Assembly: GCF_009914755.1 (NCBI RefSeq)
Contig: NC_060929.1
DNA length: 64,000 bases
Direction: 5' to 3' (one strand)
Origin: the human T2T-CHM13v2.0 reference genome, Homo sapiens
A program made the translations under genes and the position numbers. A model generated the notes under the pieces. The model did no database searches. It was not told the origin of the DNA and was given only the letters and a program-made list of their open reading frames with translations. Shown here one piece after another: positions 13,675 to 27,000 of this stretch (the stretch's first letter is position 1; each line of letters starts with the position of its first letter).

Positions 13675-15779
13675 TATTTCTGTAATGAACTTTATTTCTC
13701 ATCAAAGTAAGATCATGGGCATGTGTATGTTGACAAAAATGTGAGGTTTTTTTTTTTTCCTTTTTTTCAACAGGTCTGCATAGAGAATGCTCAATGTTAT
13801 GGCTATTGTAGTTAGCCAATACAGTAGGAAATGTGCTCAGGCAAACATTTATCTGCTCAATTCTAGTGATGCACATAGAAACTAGGGTGGACACAGAAAG
13901 TCCTATGTGCCAAGTTTCCTCAAGATAATCAGCACCAATTTGTGGATGGTGTACAAGTCTTTGTTGTATTATTCTCCATTACTTAGTATGCCCAAAATAT
14001 AACATTAATACAAGATAGCATCATCAATTTAGCTTAGATGGAAGGTCTCATTTCCATCTAATGAGCAACATTTGGCCACTCCAAAATGTGGAATTGCTCT
14101 AAAAGGATTGGTTTCACAAAGATCTCTACTCATGATGTGCCATGGTGGTAACATGATGTGCCAGAATCTCTACTCATGATATGCCACTAGTTGCACATAT
14201 GTAAGGTGCAAACTTTTAGGTGAGCAACTGGATCACTTAGCTTTGTTGGAAATACTTCCTCTTCATATGGCACAAATTAATTTATAACACACAAGACATT
14301 TATTATCCTGTTTAGCTTTCTAAGTAGCAAGACAGGTAATTTTCCCTTATGTGATTATACTGTGCTATTTATAAAACTAATAAAAATTTTAGGCCTTTAT
14401 CCTACTTTAGAGACACAATAATATGAATATACATAGCAATTTAGAAAATGAATATTAAATAATTTTAAATTTTGTTATAAAAACATTGTAATGGAAAGAA
14501 CAATGGACCATCTCTCAGAAGCTCTAATTCTGGCTCTCGCACTGCCCGTTTCTAGTTGTGTGTTCTTGTAGGAAGCTGCAGACTTGAAGTCTCATTCTCC
14601 TTATCAGTAAAAGATGGATGAAACCACATTGCCTGAGTGACCATAAGGACCCAACGAAAGAAAGCACATGAAAGTTCTCTAAAAGCCGTCAAGCACTGTA
14701 TACATATAAACTAGTATTCATAAAATGTAACATTTGACATACTTTTCCTCTGAATCTTAAGTAAAATGAAATTTGCTTTTGATAGGAAAATATCGTTACA
14801 ATTATTTAAAATAACTAAATTTCACAAATTTTTATGCCAAGAAAATTTGATAGGGAACTAGAAACAGATGAATGTAAGTATCTTAAATCTAATCTAGCTT
14901 TTGTAAACTGTTTATTCTATTAGGATGTCAGAGTTTATAGACAAATGGCCAAATATATATTTTTAATTTGCATGATTTAATTTTTAAAGGTACTACTGCC
15001 AGTAAATATTCCCCCTTAAGTTCTCTTTCTCTCTCTCCTATTTTTCTTCCCTGACATCAGATGTACACACAATTAAGGCAAGATTTTTTATAGTTTATGC
15101 ATTTCTGACTTCCAAACTTTTCTGAACCATCCTCTCCTAGAATTTCTTGCCATGTAATCATTTTGAAATCCATATACCTAAATCTGTGGTGTATATCTGG
15201 AATTCTGATCTCAGGTTCCTTCCCTAGCTTTCACAATCTCTAAGATGCCACAGACATTTTATCTTCAGGTTCTTATTACTTCACTAACCCATTCCTTTTC
15301 ATCTGCCAGAATTAGGTTTGCAGGAGCCTTTCCTCCAGGCACATCTCCTTCTTGGGAGTCTAAAACTTCTCCTAGTCTTTGACCAAGACTTACAGAAGAT
15401 GCCCCAACTGTTGATGTTCACTGTCAGCATTACTTCCTGCACTTCACTTGATCATAGACATCAGTCTTTTCTCCAGATAGCCTGAGCTGTTGTAGCTGGT
15501 TCTGCAGTCATCATAATTCTGTTCCCTTTTCTCTTTGTCCTTCCTTTCATGTTCCATACTGCCTTTACTCCCTCAGGTCCACAAACCTCCACAGAGGTGT
15601 TCATCTTCTTTTAATAAGTACTTCTGTGAACCACTTGTAGCAGAAATTGTTTGTAAGAAATGATACATTCCCTGTATCATGTTTCCTGCTTTCCCTATGT
15701 CAGTCTCACAGACAGGTTCTGTTTTCATGATTCTATCTGGGTATGATTCTCCATAACCTCAGGATTCCCTGATCCATTA

Positions 15780-17045
15780 CTAAGGGTGCTTCTCAGAGCT
15801 TGCTTTTCATCTCTATTCCTTTTTATCTCCACACATCTTCCTAAGGAATATCATTTACTCTCACCACTTGTATAGCCCAGTGCTTACTCATCATCTACTC
15901 ACATATTCCCAGAAAGGACTGAACTAAAACAGTTAATATTACATTATAGAATATCTGCCCAATTTTGTTTCTTCAGAGTCTTCTCCACCTTAGGAAATCA
16001 TTGAATGAGTCAAGTTGGATACTACAGTGTGTTCTTGGATTCTTCTCTTTCTCTCACTTTTCACACTCAATTTCCCCTAAAGTATCTAAAAGGCTAAAAA
16101 GCCTTTTCTGTCTAGACACCACTGTTGCCTCTTACTTGGGCCTTCTGCAGTAGCCTCCTGACTCTCTCTGCTGTTTCCACTCAACTTTCCATATAGAAGG
16201 AATAGAGCTCTTCTAAAATTGTAAATCAGATCATACCACTCGTCTGCTTAAAACCTTGAAATGCCTTACATTTTCACTTAAACTTAGCATTATTACCAAG
16301 CCCAAAGTTAATAATCAATATTTATATCTATTTATTTAATCCTACCATCCTATATGGTAAATACTACTAATATAGTCATTGAATAGACAAGGAAACTGAG
16401 GCACAGAAAATGCAGGAAACCTGTCCAAGTTAATCCAGGCAATAACTACTGACTCCAAGATTAAAACCCAGGTAGTTGCTCTCAGAGCCTGTATGGTAAA
16501 CTATCACAGGTTGCAGTTCAAAGGCCCTATAGAGTTGGTCATTGCCAACCCACCCGTTCAACCTCATGATATCCACTAGAATGTAAGCTTCATAATAATA
16601 AGGATGTTGTCTACTTGTTTCACTACTGTGCCCCAGAGCCTGGAACAATGTGTGTATGTGAGAAGCAAACTCTCCTCTTCTTGTGGACTGCACATACTGG
16701 TCCCAGAGAACCCAGAGAACACTTCTAAATTGTATCATAGAGAGTGCCTCCTTATCTTTAAGGTCTTACCTAAACTGTGATTCCCTACTCTCAGTGCCTC
16801 CCTCCACCCAAAGGCCCCCACTGGCCACCTTATTTAAAGCAAGCCCTATGTGACTATTCTTATAGCATTATTCAATTAATTTCCTTCCTACCATTTAGCC
16901 CATTTTGAACTTACTGTTAACTAATATACTCTTTTCCCTTTTGACTTACACCAGAATGTAAGCTCCATAGAGGCATAGACATATTTACTCTTGTAAACCC
17001 AGAGTGTCTCATAGCAAGCATTTAAGAAATACTTGAGTGAATCAG
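15780..17045 (+). mobile_element. fragmented L2 with a nested antisense MIR (~16340-16490)
   Basis: aaatcagatcataccactcgtctgcttaaaacc; ccactagaatgtaagcttcat; ccagaatgtaagctccatagaggcatagac...aaatacttgagtgaat; MIR gaaactgaggcacaga. Confidence 0.7.
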
Positions 17046-17472
17046 CTTTCCACTTTCAACTTTAAGCTCTCTTCAAGATCAGAGATAATCTCTGAAAAAG
17101 CATGGTTATTCCTGGTGCATTCATAAATTCAATAAATACTAAGTGATTTATCATGAAACTAAAACTACCATAGGAACTGGAGATGCCGAACTGAACAAGT
17201 TAAACGTGATCATGGACCTCAGAGAGCATAAAGTCTGGAACAAGAAGAAATAATAAGTATAACAAAAACCACAATAACAAATTATTGCAATGTAATATGA
17301 TGGGCTAAGTTATTATAGAATCACACATTATTCTTGGTACCTTAAGCCACAGTGACAAAATCTCAGTTGATATAAGTAGTTAGACCTTCTGCTTTCTAAC
17401 AGTATCCTCTCTCTGTTTTAGCAACTGGATCTGATTAGGGTAGCAAGAATGACTTGATTGATACAGATAGCC

Positions 17473-17709
17473 CAGTGGTTCTCAACAGAGGGCAATTTTG
17501 TCTCCCACCCAGGAGATACTTAGCAATGTCTAGAGATATTTAGCAATGTCTAGAGATATTTATTATTGTCATAATTGGGGGACACCTAGTCAGTAGAAGC
17601 CAGAAATGCTGCCAAACATCTTGCAATAACCAGGATGTTTCTCTTCACACACACACAACAAATAATTTTCCACCCCAAACATCAATAGTACCAATGTTGA
17701 GAAACCCTG
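17473..17709 (+). mobile_element. MER20 hAT-Charlie DNA transposon with an internal 20-bp tandem duplication
   Basis: cagtggttctcaacagagggcaattttg...gcaatgtctagagatatt x2...gttgagaaaccctg. Confidence 0.85.
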
Positions 17710-18285
17710 AAGTACCCTAACACTGGCCTCACAATCAGACTTCTGTAATCTTTCACCAAAGACATCATAAAAGCAATAGTTAATATTTTCTAAGCCTCTT
17801 CAGTAGGCATAATTCATTCAGAAAGTATTTATTTATTATACTATTATACTATAGGGGCATAAGAAATGCCATGCCTCGTTGGAAATCTGTGTAATATGGG
17901 TGGGCATGCTGGAGAGATGTGTCCTGAGATGTTTATGTAAAAGGTTGTATACTAATTTACAAAAAGTTCTCCATCATAGACATAAAAAGGACTCAGAGTC
18001 TCAGCACCATGAGAAGGGCAAGAGGCAGAAAATTTTAATGACATTGTTTCCATTACATTCTCAGTCATCTATGAGACAATTGTGTGGATTACTTGTAATG
18101 CATTTTTTTCTTCTCCTAGTCAGACTTGGAATTGACCCCTTGGTGTGCATAGATACTCATGACTCCCGGGTAGCCATGTGGGATGCATAATTTATACTTT
18201 TAGCTTTCATAATCTTGAAATTAGTGAACCATTACAATCTTTTTTATGTCCCTAAAAGCTGGTTTTCAAAAGAGGTTAAGCATCA

Positions 18286-18694
<409 letters not shown>

Positions 18695-18869
18695 TTATTA
18701 TGATACCCACTTTCCTCATGTTGCTTAACTCTAATTTTTTATTTTCAGTTATTTCATAAAAACTATACCAGATTATTCTAACAACAGTTATTAAGTATTG
18801 TTACTATAATATTAATTGTATTTTCTTGACTTGACTTAACGTATTATTTACATTTTTCCACTAATTTTT

Positions 18870-19015
18870 TAAGCAACCTGGTGAGATATGTTTGCCTTGT
18901 TACTTAAGTGGACAATGAGGCTTACAGAAGTGATGTTGCTTTCTCAGGGTCACAGAGTTTGTAAATGGCAGATTTGGATTCAAACCCAGGTTTGTCTGAT
19001 TCTGCATGCAGTCCA
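18870..19015 (-). mobile_element. MIR fragment
   Basis: acaatgaggcttacagaagtgatgttgctttctcagggtcacagagtttgtaaatggcagatttggattcaaacccaggtttgtctgattc. Confidence 0.75.
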
Positions 19016-19864
19016 TGCTTCTAATCTTCAAGTTATTACTACACTGGTATGTGTGGTGATTTTTTTGCAAATGGTTGAACAATGTGATTCATTCTATTTT
19101 TGGTTTCCATTTGAAAGGTCATACATTTTAAAACTTTAGAAGAGGAGCCTTAGACATCAAAATATATTATAAAAGTAAGATATTTTGGTAGCACACAAAA
19201 AAAGTTTAGGATCATTTCTTTGACAATGGCAGGTAATAATCAAAAACATGTAGCATTATTCTGAATCCTGTTGACATTCACCAATTGTAATATCTTATCA
19301 TGATCTTATATAGCATTCCATATGCATATGTTGAACACATTTACTCTCCTGAGCAGGGACTTTATCTCTTGAGAGGAGAGACTTAGTTTGGTTTAAATAT
19401 GCTATTCCTAAAAACCATTGATCATCTTGAAATTAGTAATTACTGTTGTTACTGCTACACTGATTATTTAAGATTTTGAGATAGAAGGTTTCAATTTTTT
19501 AATGTAGTTTTGTTTTGTGTTTGCATCATTTTTCTACACACAAAGTGTTTAGATGGCAAAGAAAACTGAAGCATAGAATTTTTAAAAATAAAGTTAATAG
19601 TTAAATTGCACCATCATCTCTGGTTTTATTTACTTGCACTCTCACGTTTTACTTCCCACCCCCCCCAATTTTTATGCTTCATATGTCTAAAATTGACAAG
19701 CTACAAAAAGGTAAACAACAAGAAGTGTATTTTTCTCCAATATCAGAATCTTAAAGCTCACTCCCCAGTCACCCATTTGTGAATCTTATCTTTCGAGACA
19801 TATTATTTGAATATAGGTACACAGGGTACCCATATACTTTGAATACCTTGTGTACCTATAGTGT

Positions 19865-20112
19865 CGATATAGATATAGTATAGATACAGATATACACACA
19901 CATATATACGTGTCTATATTTTTAAACATACATACAGTTGTATATGTGTGGTCCCTTCTTTATGGCTGTATATGAAGGTATATTAAATATATGTGTGTAT
20001 ACATACATACATACATATATGTATACACACACAAACATATATGCATGTCTGTGTATATAATATGTATAAGTTTAATAAGTGTGTGTATATATATATATAC
20101 ACACACACACAC
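19865..20112. repeat. (TA)/(CA)/(TG)-rich low-complexity region
   Basis: Directly visible. Confidence 0.8.
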
Positions 20113-20749
20113 CCTGTGCTGTACTTTAGTTTTCTTTCACTCAATCACATCTCTTTAAACTTACTGTACACTAACAAATAGAGATTTACCTCATTTACCT
20201 CATTATTTTAAGGACTGCCAAGTGGAGTCACTGAAAAGATACTGAGGTTTATCCTTAGAAAATCAGACTTGGGAAGCATTTTAACCGTTGGAAATAAAAT
20301 TTTAATTCCTTTCTCTTATATTTTCATTTGTTTAATTTAACTTTAAAGCCCACACCAGTCATGTTCCTTCATTACTTCTCACAGTCTCAAACTCAATTTC
20401 CTTTGTTCTTTGTTACCATCATTTTTCTCTGCCTCTCCATATCACAATGAATGGGTTTCCCTGCATGTCAAAACTCACTGAAATAATGTTGAGAAAGCTT
20501 TCAGGCTTTACCAGTCATGTTGAACTCATGACTCATATCTCTGGAAATAACTCCGTGTGTCTCAGTGGGGACCATGTCTTGATTATATATTTCCTAATAA
20601 AGGCAAAAGAGGTAGAAGATTGTTTTGCTACCCTCACTAATCTTCAGTCTCAAAAGAAATAAGTAAAATCCATTATTATTTTGCGTATATAATTGTTTAG
20701 AGACTGTATATAACCAATAAACCAAAATTAAGAATGTTAATTTTCCTTT

Positions 20750-21450
20750 TGTTTTTCCAAATATTTATTGAAGGCCCTTCATTTCCTAGGCATTATGCCA
20801 TGTGTTTAAAATTCACTAAGAAAAGTCCCAGACCCTTGTGTTCATTAAAGCTGTTAAAGAAAACAAGCGAAGTGTTTAAGACAAAGTGTTGAATAATTAA
20901 GGTGTACACTGGATACAGTGGAAATCCAGAAGAGGTTATCTACCATAGCTAAATAGGAGTCAGAGTGAGAAAGGCTTCACCAAGGAGGTAATGCTTGATT
21001 TTAATTTTAATACGGGAAGATATTAAGCCAGCTAGAGAAGTGGAGTGGTTGCCAGAGGTAGAGAAGTGGGAAAAGGTCCAGGAAGAAGGAATAAGTCACT
21101 CCAAGGCAAAAATCAGCATAATGTATTTGGGAAACTGTAAGTAGTTTGGTAAAACTGGGGTGTACTGTGTATGGATGGTTGCAAAGAAACCTAAGGGACA
21201 GTCATGAAGGCTGATACTGAGGAGCTTTGAGTAACTGAAGTTTTGAGGCAGGGAGTGATATAAGTGAATTTTAACTCTGGCAGCTGCACAGCAGATGGAG
21301 TTGAGAAAGAAGAGAGTGGTCCCATTTCAAAAGCTACTGAAATAGTCCAGGCATGAGCTGATGAGATACAGACCTAAGCACTGGCAGGAATAATGGAAAG
21401 AAAATAATAGTTTAAGATTTCTCTAGAAATTAAAAAGACAGGACTTTATT
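20750..21450 (-). mobile_element. L2 fragments
   Basis: caaatatttattgaagg...aaggcttcaccaaggaggtaatgcttga...aaagctactgaaatagtccaggcatgagctgatg. Confidence 0.65.
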
Positions 21451-23677
21451 CACTCCTGAGTCATTCAACAAGAAGAAAATCCTATGAAGTAGAGATTTTA
21501 ATTACCAGTAGATTTGAATCAGAATCTCATGCTTTGTAACACTTGAGCTATAAAATTTTTGATTTTTTAATTTTTGTGTTATTTTATGCACCAGTATTCC
21601 TGGTGGGTAAAATATAAAGATTTATTTAAAATATAAAGCATATAATAAATGTTATTGAATTCACCACCCAACCCAAGAACCAGATCATCACCAATAAGTG
21701 AGTCTGTTTACTTCTTCCCTATTTTAATCTCGGGTTCTCAAAGCTTAATAAGACTTAAAAGGCCTCATGTGCCTTCAAAATTGTTAGGGGTTTCTTGTCT
21801 CCACTGGCTCCAAACAATATCAGATGTTCAAAACTGTTTCCTACCTTTGTTCTTTCTGTATTTTCCCTTACATATAAATCTCTAGTCTTCAGAGAGAGCT
21901 AAGAATAAAAAAATCACTCCTCTCAATATATTGTCTTCTACTATTTAAAAATGAGACATAATAGGGATGAAAGAAAATTAGATTTCCTAGATGTTTTGTA
22001 GGTTCTGTTTGCACATCTCCGGGAATGAAGATCTTGTATCCTGTCGTTTTCCATGCTATTTAATACAACCAAAATACATCTTCCTACAACTCTTTTCCTT
22101 TATCAGTCCTGTGGAACCACACAGAACATGTTCACTTTTTTTCTGACAGCTCATCTGGTATGTGAAGATTATTATGACCTTCTAAGTTTTCTCTTTTCTA
22201 ACTAAATATTCGAATATTTTCAGTATATCTTCTTGGTTTTCAATCATTTTGCCATCCTGATCCTTTTTCCCTGAAGCACTATATTATATATATTGGTTAA
22301 AAGCTTAAATGACACTGGGCATAATATGAATGCGTGAATTTAATTGAGGGTATGTCAGAAATGTTGCACATTAAACATCTAAGAATAGTCTTCTCTTTCA
22401 TTAAAACATATACTCTCATTTATTTATTAACATGTATCTAGGTCAACTATTTGTTTTCCTACTTTTATTAGAGTCAACAGTAAAAGGATATATTAACTTA
22501 AGTCTTAGATATAAAATTTAAGTATTTTTCTCTTAAATATTCCCTATGAAAAAGGCAACAGGACAAACATGATGATCAAGATCCTGGAAATTTGGCTACA
22601 GTGTGAGAAGGAAGACAGTTGTTTACAGTAGCAACTGTAACGTCTGGAGGGAGTTTATACCCAATCTAAAGAGTCCAGAATGTTGCCATATGGCAATGTG
22701 GACCCAACATTGTTACAACTTCTACCTTCAAGCCAGCTGGAAGTCTGTTTTTGTTTTTTTGGTTTTTTAATGTGAAATTTTTTGATTTGTAAATTTGGTA
22801 GCCAATTGAAATAAAGAAGGAAGGAAAAGAGGAGAGAGAGAGAAACTCTGTGTGTTAATATTGTGCTAGCCAAAAAATACAAATACAAAATACAAAAAAA
22901 AAATTCAAGAAAAATATTTCTGTAGGACAGACATAGCAATTTTGTAACTCTTGCTTACCAATCCCTGCTACAGATGTTGTTTAAGAATAGAAGCTCCTTG
23001 GGCAGAAGTGTGGAGCAAAAGAGGCACAGCTGGGCTAAGGAAGCCATTCGAGGGCTGAGCCAGCACCAGGAGCCAGGACAATATCTAGCCAACCAAGGAC
23101 ACATCTCCTCAGGCGTCTAAGGGCAGGCTGTGACCTGAGGTAGGCATAGGCTGTCAGCAAGGTAGGTCATACAGGGTAGGCAGGCTTTGTCCAGAATGCC
23201 GGTGGAGCAAGCCTGGAAGGACCACAGGGCCACATGGTTCTGGTGATGGGCATGGCTTAGATGTAGGGAACTCAGAGGCCAGCCAGCTAGGTGGGAAATG
23301 TGAAACTGAAGCCAGTTAAATGGCAGGAGGTGGGCTACAGGCAAGAAGGTTAGACAGAAAGCTGATACTAAAAGAATGGCAGACAGCCAAGACTGCTGAA
23401 TTTTTAGCCTAGAATACATTTCATTCTTTATGCCCAGAAGCAGTATTGGCTCAAGAGCTAAAATGAGGCTGGGAATTGGCAAGGATAATATAAAGATAAT
23501 AGAGGCCACATAGAGAATAAACCCTTAATCTGATTTAGCAATCAGCAAAAGATTGCTAAAGTGGTGATAAATTATGAGATAAGGATATATTAACTGAAGA
23601 GCTCATACTGTTCCAGTAGGTTGGACCCAAATCCCTTTTGTTAAAGTAGAGCAATGATGAGACTATTAAAAATAATA

Positions 23678-24049
23678 TAGTCATGTGTCCCTTAAGTGAA
23701 TGCATCATTCTGAGAATATGTTCTGAGAAATGCATTTTTGGTGAATTCATCATTGTGTGGTTATCATAGAGTGTATTTATGCAAATATAGATGTTACAAC
23801 CTACTACATACATAGGCTATATGGTATAGCCTATTGCTCCTAGGGCTATACACCTGTATAGCAAGTTACTGTACTGAATACTCTAGGCAACAGTAAGACA
23901 ATGGAAAGTGTCTAAACATAGAAAAGTTAATTTGTTGCCCTAAAACATTACAACAATCATATCACTAGGCAATAAAAATGTTTCAGCTGCATCATAATTT
24001 TACCAGACCACTGACCATATATGCAGTCCATCATTGACTGAAACATCAT
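23678..24049. mobile_element. Tigger3 (MER7-type) TcMar DNA transposon
   Basis: gttctgagaaatgcattttt...catagagtgtatttat...ctactacatacataggctatatggtatagcctattgctcctagggcta...gttactgtactgaatact...atatgcagtccatcattgactgaaacatcat. Confidence 0.85.
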
Positions 24050-24770
24050 CTAAAACATCAATTCAGCCAAGGGTAGAAATTGATTGGCCCAAGGAGGTCC
24101 GTTTAGCAAGACACATTGGAATGAACCTTGAAGAGAGAAGTAGAAATTACAGCAGGTGATTATTTTTCCCATCATATGAAGTTCAGAAGTTCAGAGCAAG
24201 CAGTGTGGGCTCTGTCACACTTTAGCCGGACATGAAGTCTATGTGAGCTCCAGATTAGAGTATGTATGATAACTTTACATCTTTGTCACTCATAAAAGAG
24301 GAGAGCAACACTTTGTTAGAAGATCGAACAAAAGCAATTTTTTGAGAATAGGAGCTGCTTTATTTTAAGTTAAAGTTCTTTTCTTCTGTGCTGCTAATGA
24401 GAACATGTGGCTGCCCTCTTGGGATTTTACAACATGAAATCAAAACCATACAGTTCCACTCTGAATATTCTACCTTTAAAATATGGTGAAGAATATTCAT
24501 AATAATCATTACAGGTGCCATTATAATAGGTATTGATTATTGTGGAGAAATTGGAAACAAAAGCAAATATTTTTAAAGCTTCTACAATATTAGATTGCTT
24601 AGTAGTATGATTATAAAACAAATTTTTAGCCAATTATTTTGTTAACAATAGCTTACCTCGAATAATAGATCTTACCTCAAAAGTAGAACTACTTCCTACT
24701 ACAGCTAAGTTTGGCTATCAAGTCAAGTACACTGACGGAATTTTGAAGCTTTTTAAAAATTCCTATAATG

Positions 24771-27000
24771 GCTCATGGAATATTGTGATAGCTTTTGGGA
24801 TTCCTGTGTCTTCACAATCCATGCCATGACTATATGCAAGCAAACATGTCTAAAGGACCTGCAGTTGGTATTGATCTTAGCACTACCAACTGTTGTGTGG
24901 GTATTTTCCAGCATGAACAAGTAGAGATAATTGCCAATGATCAGGGAAGCGGAGCCACTCCAAGCTATGTCATCTTCACTGGTAGTGAATGATTGATCAG
25001 TGATGCCACAAAGAATCAAATTGCAATGAATCCCTAACAACATGGTTTTTGATGCCAAATATCTGACTGGATGGAGATTTGAGGATACTGTTGTCCAGTC
25101 TAATATGAAGCATCAGCCCTTCATAGTGGTGAATAAGCACAACGTCCAAGTAGAATACAAGGGAGAGACAAAAAGCTTCTATCCAGAGGAAGTGTTTTTT
25201 ATGGTTCTGATAAAGATGAAGGAAATTGCAGAAACCTACCTTGGAAAGACTGTTACCAATGCTGTGGTCACAGTGCCAGCTTACTTTAATGACTCTCAGC
25301 ATCAGGCTACCAAAGATGCTGGAACAATTGTTAGTCTCAATGTACTTAGAATTATCAGTAAGCCAACTGCTGCTGCTACTGCTTATAGACAAAAAGGTTG
25401 GAGCTGAAAGAAACATGCTGATCTTTGACCTGGGAGATGGCACTTTTGATGTGTCAACCCTCATTGTTTAGAATGGAATCTCTGACGTTAGGTCTACAGC
25501 CATAGCCACCCACTTGGGTTGAGAAGACTTTGATAACTGAATGGTTAACCATTTTATTACTGAGTTCACACACAAGCACAAGCACAAGAAGGACATCAGT
25601 GAGAACAATAGAGCTGTCTGATGCCTCCATACTTCTTGTGAATGTGCTAAGCATATTCTCTCTTCCAGCACCCAGGCCAGTATTGAGATCTATTTTCTCT
25701 TTGCAGGAATTGACTTCAATACCTCCATTTTCCATGCCTTATTTGAAGAATTGAATGCTTACCTGTTCCATGGCACTCTAGACTCCGTAGAGAAGGCCCT
25801 TGGAAATGCCAAACTAGACAAGTCACAGATCCATGATATTGTCCTGGTTCATGGTTCTATTTGTATTTCCAAGATTTTGTAGCTTCTCCAGACTTCTTTA
25901 ATGAAAATGAGCTGAATGAGTATCAAGCCTGATGAGGCTGTTGTTTATGGTACAGCTGTCCAGGCAGCCATCCTATCTGGAAGCAAATCTGAAAATGTTC
26001 AAGATTTGCTGCTCTTGGATGTCAACTCCTCTTTTTCTTGGTATTGAAACTGCTGGTAGAGTCATGACTGTCCTCATTAAGCATAATCCCACCATTCCTA
26101 TCAAGCAGACATAGACCTCATTACCTACTTTGACAACCAGCGTGGTGTGCTTATTTAGATTTATCAAGGAGAGAGTGCCATGACCAAGGACAACAACCTG
26201 CTTGTCAAGTTTGAACTCACAGTCATTCCTCCTGCATCCCATGGTGTTCCTTTGATTTAAGTCACTTTTGATATTGATGATAATGGCATCCTCAATGTCT
26301 CTCTTGTGGCCCAGAGTAAGTAAAGGAGAACAAAGTTATTATCACTAATGACAAGGGCCATTTGAGCAAGGAAGACATTGAATGTATGGTCCAGGAAGCT
26401 GAGAAATACAGAGCTGAAGATGAGAAGCAGAAGGACAAGATGTCATCCAAGAATTCAGTTGAAAGCTATGCATTCGATATGAAAGCAGCTGTTGAAGATG
26501 AGAAACTTCAAGGCAAGATTAACGTTGAGGACAAACAAGATTCTTGATAAGGGTATTAAAATTATCAACTGGCTGGATAAGAATCAGATTCAGAAGAAGG
26601 AAGAATTTCAACATCAAAATCTGGAGAAAGTCTGCAACCACATAATTACCAACCTGTACCAGAGTACAGGAGGCACACCAGAAGGAATGCCTGGGGGATT
26701 CCCTGATGGTGGAGCTCCCTCTGCTGGAGCTTCCCCAGGGCCCCCATTGAAGAGGCTGACTAAGTCAGCTCAAGTATAGATGTAGCATTGTTCCACAAAG
26801 TTAAAACATTGAAGGACTCAAATTTGTAGCAAATTCTGTGGCCATCTTAAAGTTGAGCTGCAGTAGTTAACTACTGGCCAATCTCAATACTCGAATATGG
26901 AACATGTGCACAGGGGAGGTACATAACTTTGCACTTTATAAGTACTGTATTATAAGTGGAAAAGGTAATGTCTTAAACAATTGTATTTAAAATTGGCACC
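24771..27000 (+). pseudogene. HSPA8: full-length processed pseudogene of HSPA8 (HSC70; parent gene symbol given, pseudogene number not determinable)
   Basis: ATG 24846 gives [11 protein letters not shown]...EIIANDQG; downstream frames give [81 protein letters not shown] (stop 26761-26763). No introns, many stops and frameshifts. HSPA8-type 5'UTR and 3'UTR ending atttaaaattggcacc. TSD aaaaattcctataat (24755-24769) / aaaaattctataat (27002-27015) at a TTTT/AAAA L1 endonuclease site. Confidence 0.96.

Noticed and set aside
23117-23509. 130-aa minus-strand ORF
   Set aside because: Non-ATG start, explained by the local GC/purine skew, no family match
23812-23834. Palindrome ataggctata-tgg-tatagcctat
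   Set aside because: Intrinsic to the Tigger3 consensus
25042-25407. 121-aa HSC70-like ORF as a functional CDS
   Set aside because: It is a fragment between stops and frameshifts of the processed pseudogene
24997-25464. 155-aa minus-strand ORF and other antisense ORFs over the pseudogene
   Set aside because: They are the antisense shadow of HSP70 coding sequence, with no independent support
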